From: Protoeuglena noctilucae
Taxonomy: Eukaryota
Direction of reading: 5' to 3'
NCBI GenBank assembly: GCA_958009085.1
Contig: OY253672.1
Location: forward strand, 372,001 to 436,000
DNA: 64,000 nt
The notes under the pieces are model-generated. The model did not search any database. It was not told the DNA's origin and saw only the letters and a list, made by a program, of their open reading frames with translations. Below are positions 1-12,000 of this stretch, piece by piece (the stretch's first letter is position 1; every line of letters starts with the position of its first letter). The position numbers were made by a program, and so were the translations under genes.

Positions 1-3000
1 CACGGACGTAGCCCTCCCTGCCCAGGTGCCCCATGCGGGCCACCAGCGGCCAGCACCGCGCCCACGGCTGCCGCATCGCGTCCGCCAGAGCACGCATGAC
101 CCCGTCCTCCCAGAACGCCACCGCCACCACCGCCGTACCCGCCGCCTCAAGCCGACACGCCACCTCGTACGCCACATTGCACGCGAGACCCTCTGCAGCC
201 AGCACCAATGCCTGCGCCAGCCCCGGCTCCCTCGCCACGGCTCGAACGCACGCGGCCACAAACACCTCCAGGCCCTCACGAGGGTCTGTTGCTTCTTGCG
301 GTAACTCCACCGTGTACACGTCCCGCTCCATCACCCCCCAGTCCGGCACCAGGCTCCCCAGGCCCATGCCAGCCGTCACACGCCAGCCCCCGCAGCCGCC
401 CCCGCTGACCGCGATGGCCTGGTCCCAACCGACCACGAGCACCGGCGCGCGCGCCTGCCCGCTCTTGGCTGCATGCACGCGCTGCAGCCTCGCGGCGACC
501 CCACCCGCAGCTCCCACGGCCCGGCCCGGCAGCTGCGACCCAGAAGTGCTCAGGTACCTCTGCGCTGCCTCAATGGCTGCCTCGTCGACCCCCATCTCCC
601 GCAGCTCCTTGGCCACTATCTGCCGGTCCGCCACCAACGCCAGGCGCGGCCCGGCGTCGCTGCCTGGGAGGCACTCAGACCATCCGAAGCTGAGCAGGTG
701 CGCCTTCATGACATTCGCCAGCACCGCCATGTCGGCCTCCTCCTGCCGCAGAAGCGAGAAGTGGTCCCCTGGGACGTCCACCACCTCCACTTGGTCGCAG
801 TACCTAAGCCAGCTGACGCCGTACATCTCAGGGCCCTGCCGCCCGTCCTGCACGTAGTCGCAGGCGCCACGCCTCGCCCCCCGGAAATACACCACGCGGC
901 CCTTGGAAAGACGCCCGGAGAAGGTGTGGCGACGCAGGTCGCTGATCTCCGATCCCTGGCGCACGGACCGGGTCACAAAGGCGATCTGCTCGATGCACTC
1001 CTCGAGCGTCAGGTTGGCGTTGCGCATGATCCTGGGAGACAGGGGTGGAAGAGGCTGTGAAGAAGGGGAGCAAGCATTCAGGGCGACAAGCATGCGGTCG
1101 TCACTTGCAAGGCGGCGTTACCCTGATGGTTGATGAGCGGCTAGTATGCACACAATTACTTGTCGCATCACATGCAGTCAACTGAGACAACCTCACGTTT
1201 GCTACCCATATAACGCCCCTCACCTCCACACGGGTGCGAAGAACTCCATTCGCTCCTGGAAGCTCATGCCTCGCCATTCCTCGGACTCCCTCGGGTGCGA
1301 GATGCCCGACCCCATGCCGATCGCGTCACGCCCCAATGCCCCCAATATCATCTCCACGAACTCCATGACGAGCTCACGAGTCACCTGGTCCGATTGCTCC
1401 AAGGGGCGCACCTGGTGCGGCAGTGGCGAGTCCATGACAAAGACGAGGCCCACGTCGTGACCCAAGCGCTCAAGCTGAATGGCCACCTCCAGAGCCACCA
1501 CGCCGCCGTACGAGTGGCCGCCCAGCAGGAAGGGACCCTGCGGCTGGACCTTGAGGATGTCTTGCACGTTGGCCCTTGCCAGGTCTGCCACGCAGAGATC
1601 GTCGTCCTTGTCAAGTACCAGAATGGGGCTGGAGCTCCACGCGAGCACGCGGGAGAAGGAGTAGTAGGCCGACTGGGCGTTGGCGACGCCGGGGGCGGCC
1701 AGGAACAGAGGCAGCACCGTCTGGCCCCTCAGGGTCTTGAGAAGGTCTGATGGAACAAGGTCCCCTGCCACCGGGCGAGTGCCCTCCCTGGGGGGCGCGG
1801 GGGCCGCGGGGACGGCTGCACTGCCGGGCTTGGATCGCCGGGAGGGCTGGTCAATTGTGGTGGCTTGCGACGGACCTACGACCTCTGCCGTGGCGCTGTC
1901 GAGGGCGCCCCTCGTGCCACCCTCGGCCTTCTCTTGGGCTGCACCAGAGGCCAGCTGGGCCTCGTGAGGCTCTGCGCTAGGGCCGGGGTCGTCGGGGCTA
2001 CCATCAAGGGCCTCTTGGTCCCCCATGCTGCAGAGCAGGGCGATGCTGTCTGCGATGAAAGTGGCGACCTCAGCAACTGTCTCCCAATCATACAACAGCG
2101 TCGGCGGCAGGTCCACTCCCAGGTCCTGGCTCAAGGCCTGCCGCAGCTGCATGCCTGCGCGTGAGTCGAGGCCCGCGCTCATCAGCGCTGCGTCGGTCGC
2201 GATGGGCTCGCCGGTCATGGCCGTCACGTGGCTCACGAGCAGACGGGACACCAGGGCCAGCAACTCGTCCCTGTCCATCGCCAGCAGCTCCAGCTGCCTG
2301 TCGCTCAGCTCCACGCCCAGCGACGAGCTCCCCGTGCGCGTGCGCGTGCGTATGCCTGCTTCCACAGCCGGGCTAGCAGCAGCGTCCGCGGTGACTGGCG
2401 CGTGCGAGGCAGGCTCCTCCGGCGCCGTATCGGATCGCCGGTGCGTCAGCGTGCCGCCTGCCACGCGGCCCTCGTCGATGGGTGGGGCAGTGCTCGCACG
2501 GCGCACGGTCCCAGCCACGCCCGGTCCCCCGCTGCGGTCTCCAAGGCCGCCGCTCGTCGCCGCATCTACCGTCCTCTCATCGACAGTTCCCCGCCTCGCG
2601 GGGGTCTCCGATCCGCTGCTGGTCCCCTCGCCACTGTCCGTATCCGCGCTGGCCCGTGACCCGACTGACCCCGCCTCGCACAGCGCCTCCATGTTGGCGG
2701 CAATGTGCTCCGCGATGCCCATCGGCGTCGGGAAGTCGTACAGCAAACTCGCGGGCAGGTCGACGTGCAGCTTGGCGCTCAGGCTCTGCCGGATCATCAT
2801 GCCCACCCGCGAGTCGATGCCTGAGTCAAGAAGCACTGTGTCAGGTTCCAAGGCATCCCCGGTCAGCTCCGTCACGGAATCCGATAGCAGGCCCAGCACG
2901 TGGTCCCGCAGGCGGGTCGGACCCATCGAGAGCAGCGCTGCGTGCTCTGGGGACACTGCCGGCCACGCCCTCCTTCCCGCAGCTGGCGAAGGGGCGGGTG

Positions 3001-6000
3001 GGCCAGCCGAGTCCCCAGCAGTGCGATCGCTCGGCCCCTTCCTTGGTCCAGAACCATTGATTTTCTCAAGTACTGGCTTCTCTTTGCCCTCGACAGCTTC
3101 CCATGTCCACGTGCTGCGCCACACCTGCCGCGTTCCAGTCTCCGACCCAAGGCTCGTGAATCCTGACACAGCTGCGCCGCAGAGACCCGAAGGGCGCGTC
3201 GGCGCTGCGTAGCGGGACGCGCCGGGGCTGGGGAAGCCCGGCAGGGGCACCGCAGCTGCCCAGAACCCTGGGCCCAGAGCATCTGGAACAGACACCCGCA
3301 TCGATGTTGGCCCCTGCAGCTTGAGCACGCTGACGACCTGCTGCTGAGCCTCCGCGGCGCCGTCACACACCGCGTCGTCCGGCACGGCGTCCACCTCGGC
3401 GCTGATGGCCCAGCCCTGGGGCCTGGCCCTGCGCATCGCAAGGGTGGGCGCTAGGCACGCGACAGCTGCACGTTGCGTACGCTCGACGCCCTCAAACGCC
3501 CCCGAGGCGATCGGAGCCCCCAGGAGCGCGCGGACGGTCCACGCGGGCCCTTCACTGGCCCCGTCAGTGACTGTCAGGGCCCCCGATGTCACGTCCAATC
3601 GCACCGTCACTGTGTTGTCAGCCGCGGCCCTTCTGGACGGCTTAGTGAGCTCCATGACTTGCACCCGCATGGACTCGACCAGCATAACCTCCCGACTCGA
3701 GGCCTGGTGCGTAGTGGACCCCAGGGCTGCGTCATCAATGGCTGCCGCCACGGCTGAGGACGCCAGGTTCATGAGAACGGATCCGGGCACCACTCTCGCC
3801 CCAGACATAAATACATGTGCAGCGTACACCAGGCTCGCGTCCGTGAGGCTGGTGGAGAAGGTGAGGCTGGCGAGAGAGGCGCTCTGGCAGAGCCGTGCGC
3901 CAGAGAGGATCCTTCCGTGCACCCATTTGCGCTGCCAGCGGAGCGAGCGATGCCCGGGCCACTCGCTGCCGTCCGAGATGCGGTGGCCCGCGCCCGCCTC
4001 GATCAGCACGTGGGCGTTGGTGCCCTGAGCCCCAAAGGAGCTCACCCCAAGCACCGATAGGTCGACCTGGCGGCACGCGGGCAGAGGGGCGCTCTGCCTG
4101 CCCGCCCACCCTGCGCCCGTGCTTAGGTAAGACGCCACATGCGGGCTGAGCGAGCGGAGGTGCGCGAACGGCGCCTTGCTTGCCAGGGATGCCGTCCTCA
4201 TGGCGTTAGCCAACGACTGAGCCCCTGACCCCGCCTCCCCGTGGCCCGTGAAGGCTTTGTGAGAGGTCAGCTGCAGCGGGACCGCCCCTGGGCCCATCGT
4301 GCGCCGCAGTATGGGCAGTGCCGCGGCCAACTCCGCCGCATCTCCCACAGCCACGCCATTGGAGTGCATGTGGAGCACATCCACCTCGGAGCCAGCCAGC
4401 CGCGCGCCCCGCAGCGCATCCCGCAGCAGGGCCTGCTGCGAGGGCGCGTGGGGCGCCGTGAGGGAGGAGCTGAGGCGGTTGGCGTTGACAGCCGATGCCA
4501 GCACACGGGCGCTGGATGCCACCACCGCCTGTCCCACCCCCGCATCCGCATTGGCCAGCACCAGTGCCGTGCAGTTCTCCCCGCGCGCGTAGCCGTCCGC
4601 CGCCGCGTCCAGCGACTTGCTGCGGCCGTCCGCAGCCAGCAGACCCGACAGTGCCACCGCAGCGCTCGCGTCCGGCGCCAGGCAAAGCAGCACCCCTCCC
4701 ACGATCGCGGCATCCACGGTCGCCCACCGCAGCGCCCCCGCCGCCATATGTGCCGCGACGAGGGAAGCCGCACACGCGGTGTCTACGCTGACCGTCTCGC
4801 CACCCAGGCCCAGGCAGAAGGCCACTCGGCCTGATGCGACACTGGCAGACGCGGATGTGAAGCCATACACCGACTTGGCGGCACCCGCTCTCACGCTGAC
4901 CGCCTCGTAGTCCCGCGTGGCGATGCCCACGTACACACCCACCCGCTCCGACGGCAGCTGGGGTGGAGCTACCCCATCGCCGGCCACCAATGGCGCAACG
5001 CGTGCCCGGGCGCCCTGGAGAGTGGCGGAGGCCTCCAGCAGCAGCAGGCGCTGCTGTGGGTCCATGAGCAGCGTTTCGATGTGGGTTAAGCGGAAGGCAG
5101 CGGCGTCAAACATCTCGACGTCTTGCAGGAACACACCATAGTGTGGGAGGAAGCCCAGCGGCATGTTGGAGTCTCCCTGCGTCTCCACATCCCACCTCGC
5201 AAGCGGCACACGGGTCGCCTGGTCTACTGTGCTGAAGACGTCCGGCGTTGATGTCCGGCCGGCCGGCCAGGGACCCGACATGGCCAGCACACACACGTCC
5301 CTCATGAGCACGTCGTCCTTCTGATCCCAGAAATCCACGCGAATGGCCGCGTTGGGCACCGTCCGCAGCTCGGTCGCCTGGGCGTGCAGGCCCTTGGCCG
5401 GCTTGGCATCCGCGTGACCGGGCCGGGCCATGTGATCCATCACATGACGAGCCACAGCAGCAATGGTGAGCTGCTCATTGGCTGAGGCGATGGGCAGCGC
5501 CACGCCGAACTCGTCCTGCACCCGCTGCTGCAGCTCCGCGGCCCCTAAGGAGTCCAGCCCCGCATCCAAGAGCGGGGCCTCGTCCGCGACCTCCTCCCCA
5601 AGCACCGCTTGTATGACGGACCGTACCGTGGCCAACACCTGACCAGCATCCGCGGCTGAGGCCTGGGGCGCGGGCATCGGCAGCGGCCCTGCCTCGCTGG
5701 GCGGTGCAGGGACCGACTCCCATGCAGCCTCTGCCATGGGCGGCTTCCTAGTAGTGCTGTGCACCACGCCGGCCAGCCACTCGGTCACGCCGGGGATGAC
5801 GTCCAGCCTGGAGCCAGCCGTCGTGCAAGTGCACGTGTGTGAGCCCGGGCCTTGCTGCTTGTGCCCGGGGCGCTGTGGCGGCGACCGCGTGCGCAGCATC
5901 ACATCCACAGCAGACACGCCATGACCCACCGCGTCTGTCTGGCTGCTAGTTCTCGCAAGCAAGGCAGACATGGCGAGGGCTGCGTCGGTGATTCCGAGCA

Positions 6001-9000
6001 GCGGAGAGCTCCCAAAGGCATCGTGTCCCGGCGACCCACCACGCTTGCCCAACTCTACCATCGCCATCGCTGCTACGGCATCACCGTCACTGTGGCGAGA
6101 GTGGACAGGGGCCACGAGCAGCGTTTGCTGCGATGAACGAGACCCCTCTGCGCTTGTGATAGTGGACCACGGGCGGCGCCTGGCCATCATGATGTGACTC
6201 TGGAGGAGCGTGCCTTTCACGTCTGACACCGTGAGCTGCCCATCTGAGACGCTGACGGCCACATCGCGCGTGGAGGGACCGGGTGCGTGTCCCAGGACTG
6301 CGCGGGACAGCGCCCCACGGACAGCGCTGCTTGTCACATCATCCGCACACATCGACTCCACCACAGCCGCCGCCGCGCTCAGCACTGCGCCTCCCAGCAA
6401 ACCCTTCCCGGCACTCCACAGTGCGTCCTTGAGTAAAACCCGGAAAGGCCCCGGCTGCGTGGTGCTCAAGACCCGGGACAGGTGCCACATGTCTGCGTGT
6501 GGGACCACGCTGGCCCTCGTGGCCCGCCAGGGCACGGTGGGTGTTTCTGACACCTCACGGTCCTCGCAGCGGCCGAGGATGGCGTGCGCCAGCGTGCCCT
6601 GGAAGGCAAAGGAGCTGACACCAACCGCAGTGGCAGCGCCGCTGGTGGGCATGGGCCCAGGCATGCGGGGTGCCGACACGCGGTGCCCAGCGCTGTCCAG
6701 GCTGCCCTGGATGTGCGGGTTGAGGGCGTGGAGGTGCAGGATAGGCAACGCAGTGCACAAGGTCAGCGTCCGCGTTGCGTGGAGGACGCCCAGGGCCCCC
6801 GCGGCCGTCTCCCCGTGGCCGATCCACGACTTGGCCGCCATCATGACGATCGGTAGGTGATTGGACGCACGGAAGGTGGCCATGACGGCGCCGACCTCGA
6901 CCGGGTCGCCCAGGGCCGTGCCTGTGCCGTGGGACTGCAGCGCTGCAACATGACCAGGGCCGACTCCGGCGTCACGCAAGGCGCCCTGAATGCAGGCGCT
7001 CTGGGAGGGCCCGTGCGGGGCCGTGAGGGACGAGGAGCGGCCGTCCTGAGCCACGCAGACACCCAGCACTCTGGCCAGGGGGGCCGCCTCTGTCGCAAGG
7101 GCGCCGTCAGCACCGTGCGTGGGTGAGGCCCGAGACGAGACATGATGCGGGGCTAGCTGTGCCGCATCAGCGCCACCGTCAGCGACCCGCGAGAGCAGGA
7201 ACACGACGCACCCCTCGCTGCGCACGTAGCCGTCCGCTGCCGCGTCGAACGTCTTGCACCGCCCGTCCGCTGCCAGCATCCCCGCCCTATGGAAAGCCAG
7301 GGTGGATCCCGGTGCAAGGAACAGCTGAACGCCCGCAGTGATGGAGGCAACAGAAGCGCCGCTGGCGACCTGAGCTGAAGAGAGCTGCAGTGCAACCAGG
7401 GATGCGGAACATGCGGTGTCGACCGCCATAGACGGCCCCTTGAGACCGAACGTGTACGACACCCTCCCTGCCGCCACGCTCAGCGCGCCCCCGGATGCCG
7501 TGAAAGGCCCAGGGGCAGAAAACGCGCTGGTCAGCGTGGCATACTCGCAGCTGCCGATGCCCACGTGTACGCTTGTGGCAGCAGGGCAGGGCCAGACGCG
7601 CGACGCCGTGAGGCACTCCAAAGTCAGTGAGAGCACCAAGTGTTGTTGTGGGTCGCAGTGCATGGCCTCTGCGATGCTCATGCCGAACATGGGAGCGTCG
7701 AAGACATCAAAGCCCTGCATAAAACTGCCGAAGCGAGGCAGGGGACCGTACGGGTGGGGGTCGTCCACGCCCCACCGCGTCGGCGGCACGGGCGTCACCG
7801 AGTCAGCCTGGCTGGGACGGCATTCTGGCGCTGACAGGGCGTCCCAAGGGACCACGTGAGCTGCGGCGACGATGGCCACGGTCCCTTGCGTTCCCCGCGC
7901 CAGCTCGTATACCCCAGCGGGCCTGGCAAGGGCGACAACGTTCATGTTCTCCAGTGATTGCACTGCCTGTGCGGTGGTCTGCCCCTCCTGGCTGGGCCCA
8001 CCGAGCTGCCCGTAGATGAGCTGCGCGATGTCCCCGGCTGTGGGGTGGTCCAGGACCAGCGTGGGCGGCAGATCGACTGAGAAGGTCGAGGATAGCGTCT
8101 GCCGCAGCTCCACAGCTCCCAAAGAGTCGATGCCGCTGGCCATGAGAGGCTCTGCGGCGTCGGGGCGGCTGCCCGTCAACTCCTCGACCTTGCTTTGCAC
8201 TGCCTGGAGCACATGATCGAATGGGATAGCATCTGCGGATCCTGAGGTCGATTCCATGCTTGGTCCCATGCCTGGGCGGTCATCGACTGGGATGGCCCCC
8301 GCAGCCACAGCGTTGTCGCCCTCTGCAGGGCTCGCCAGGCTCCCTGCGGCACGTGCCAGAGACCAGACATGCTCCGCCACCTCTGCCACCGTGGTGTAGT
8401 TGATGGCCAGCGTGGGCTCCAGTGGGACCCCGAAGCGCGACTGCAGCGACGCGCGGAGCTCCACGGCGCCCATGCTGTCAAGGCCAGAGGCCACCAGGGG
8501 CTCTGAGGGACCCAGGGGCCTCCCCACGAGGTCCGCCACGATGTCAGAAACGGCCGACAGCACCTCCTGCTGGCTCAGCTGGGGCACCGATTGCACCTGG
8601 CGCACCGTCGCCTGTCGTGCTGTCAACGTCGCCACGTGCGGCACAGCAGCCACCGCTTGGCTCGTCGATGGCTGGCGGACGCGGCAGATCTCGGATACCA
8701 AGTCGCGGTGTTCGGGCATAGCCCCACCCAGGCTCTCCGGCACCATCGGCGTCACAGCGACCGGGGAGTGCAGGACCATAGCACGATCGCACAGGCATCG
8801 GCGTAGCAAGTCTAGGCCCTGCGCGGGGTCCACCAGTCCCAGCCCGATCTTAGCCAAACGCTTCGCTGTGTGCGAGTCGCGAGCTGCCATACCGCCACCG
8901 GCCCAGCCGCCCCACTGAACAGCGATGGCGTGGACACCCGCAGATGCCAGTCGCTCGCTGTGGCTCTCCAAACGAGCATTGGCTGCCGCGTAGCACCCCT

Positions 9001-12000
9001 GCCCGGGGCTGCCGAGCAGGGCGGCCACGGAACTGAAGCTGACGAGGAAAGCTGAGGGGTGTGAGAGCTGGGCCAAGTGGCGCAATGCGACGGCCTTGGC
9101 AGCGTGAGAGGCACGCAGCGCAGATGGAGTGGCGCCGGACAGGGTGCCGTCCGCGAGCACACCCGCGGCGTGAATCACACCGCATAGGGGAAGGACTGGA
9201 GCGGTCGTGTGGTTCGACCAGACGCCGCAGAAGCTAGAGCGGTGAAGGATCCCTCGCAGCGACCCCACCTCCGCCTCCACCGACGCATCGCACCGCACCC
9301 ACGCCACCATCCCCTCCGACCCCACCGACCCCACCGCTCCCGCCGACCCCCTCCCTCTCTCCCTCGCACCCGCCACACCCGCCGCCCTCCCGCTCCTCCC
9401 CAGCAGCGCCACCCGCACCCGCCCCCGCCCCTCCCACGCCTCCCGCGACCCCAGCCACCGCCCCACCAGCGCCCCCAGGTACCCCGTGCCCCCCGTCACC
9501 ACCACAACGCCACCCGCACTGGCCCCGCTCCCCATCCCACCCATGCCCGCCCCCGCACCTCCTCTCCTCCCCGCCCCCCGTGCCACCACCACCTTCCCCA
9601 CGTGCCACGCCTGCGACATCTGCCGCAGCGCCGCCACCACCGCCCCCATCCCGTGCACCACCCGCCCCACCCCCACCTCCCCCCGCGCCACCCGCGCTGC
9701 CACCCGCCGCATCGCCCCCTGCACCGCCGCCCCCGGCAGATAGTCTAGCGCCACCAGCGAGTACGCCACGTCCGGCCGGTCCCGCCCCACCGCCGCCGCA
9801 CTTGCCACGTCCCGCTTCCCGATCTCCACCAGCCGACCCCCCCGCCCCAGCCCCGCCAGCGCCGCCCGCACCATCCCCGGCGACGTCAGGCTGTTCAGCG
9901 CCACCGTCGCCCCCCGCCCCGCCAGCATCTCCACAAACCCCACGTCCCGCGACGACCCCACCTCCCGCACCCCCCGCCCCCGCAGCAGCGCGCGCTTCCC
10001 CGCCGACCCCGCCGTGCACACCGCCGTCGCCCCCGCCGCCTCCGCCAGCCCCACCGCCGCCAGCCCCACCCCCCCCCGCCGCCGCCTGCACCAGCACCCG
10101 GTCTCCCGCCCCCAGCCCCCCCGCCCGCCCCAGCGCCAGCTCCACCGTCGCCAGCACCGTCGGGCACGCCGCCGCCTCCTCGAACCCCACCCCCGCCGGC
10201 ATCCCCACCAGCCCCTCCGCCCCCGCCACCACGTGCGACCCCAGGCACCCCCCCGCCAGCCCCATCACCGCCTCCCCCACCCGCAGCCGCCCCTCCCGCG
10301 CCACCCCCGCCCCCACCTCCACCACCACCCCCGCGCAGTCCCCCCCCGGCGGCCCCGCCTCCCCCGGGTACATCCCCGCGATGCTCAGCACGTCGCGGAA
10401 GTTTATCCCCACCGCCATCACCTTCACCAGCACCTCCTGCGGTCCCAGCCGCGACGCCACCGGCACCGGGCGCAGGTTCGACAGCGAACCCACGGGGGAG
10501 GCGACGAGGTGCCAGTCCTGGCCGTTGACGAGGCTGGAACGGCCGGGCACGATCCTCTGCACCGTCAACACGCCCGCTGCAGTCGCCGTGCATGCCTCAG
10601 CACCCTCCAGTGCAGCTATTGGACCTGTCGACATCACAGCGCTTGGTTGGCTGTCGAGCAGTGTCAACCATGGGCGCCGCATTTCATTCAATGCAGTGCG
10701 GCACAGTGCGGACCATGCCGCTCCCACTTGGGCAGCGTCATTGTTGGCATTAGTCATGGACTGGATACCAGAGACGGCATCGGTATGTTTGCCACCGATC
10801 CAAGCGTGCTCGGAGACCGCAGCAGTCGTCAGTGCTTCCAGCACTCCTGATATCGATGTGCTGATGGGTCTGCCACCACGCGCCTGCCTCCACAGAGCAT
10901 TGCTCGTCAGTGCCTGCCTCACTGGCTCAGACGCTTCCCATGATGTCTCGAACAGGGTGCGCTGCTGCATGGCAGCCGCCTGGGGCTGCGTGCTGCGTAA
11001 GGGCTTGAGCTGCAATGCTCGTACTGCCAGCCCCGCCGTCCCAGCTGTCACGTCCCATGCCACGTCGCATTGGTCGACCCCAGACACAACACTAGACGTA
11101 CAGCACACGGATCTGACCCCGGCACCGCTGCGTGGGACCACCTCGAGACCGTCAGTGGACCCAGTTATGGCATCGAATCCCACGGGCACCAACAGCCGCA
11201 GGGGCGCAGTGGGCGAGGACAGGGCGGCCTTCAGGTGCAGCGAGGCGTCCATTTGCGCTGGATTATGGATAAAGGACCCGGCGAGGGAAGGGAGAGCGAC
11301 GGTGGCCACACCCATGCTGCGGTGGCTGGGCACATCCTGTGGCCTGGTGAGCGCTCCGTGGGCCTGGGATTGGGAAAGCGAAGCGACGCGGGACGCCACG
11401 CTGCGCATCCGTGCTCGGAAGTGCGTCGTGGCGGCGCCTCTGGGGTCCTGGGTGCGAATGACGACCTCCCCAGAGTCGACGTCAGCCACCAGCGTCGCCA
11501 AGGCGTGACCCTCTGTGTCACCCTCTCCCTCCTGGGCCAGTCGCAGTGCTGCCGAGACGATGCCTAAGGACACCGCCCAGTCTCCCGTGCGAGTGGCGTC
11601 CGGCAGGGCCGTGAAAGCCACCGTCGCTTGGCAGGCCGCCTCGGCAAGGGCGACGCCGGGGACAATGCCCTCGCCAGAAACGCAGTGCTCCATGAGCCAG
11701 GGCAGCCTGCCGAGATCCATGTAGAAGACGACCTCGCTTGTCGCCGCGCCCCCGCATGCCGTCAGGAGCGAGAGGGGCGTGGGCACTGGGTACGCCCAAT
11801 GCCCCGCCAATGGCACGATTGGCGGACTCTGTAACCCCGTTGCGGCCCGGTCCGGCTCGCAGCGGAGCATGACGTGGGCGTTGCTGCCCTGGAATGCAAA
11901 CGCGCTCACTCCAAACACCACTGCATCGTCGGATGTCACGATGGGGCCGCCCTGCCGGGGCAGGTGCGTGAAGTAAGGGGCAGCGCGGTCGACAGCTGAG

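Noticed and set aside
9234..10068. Gly-rich C-terminal tail of the 3797-aa ORF
   Set aside because: Out-of-frame read-through after the +1 G; the ER/KR motifs continue in the other frame
9580..11508. 642-aa Pro-rich plus-strand ORF resembling an extensin/HRGP
   Set aside because: Antisense shadow of the G-skewed PKS ER3/DH3 coding region
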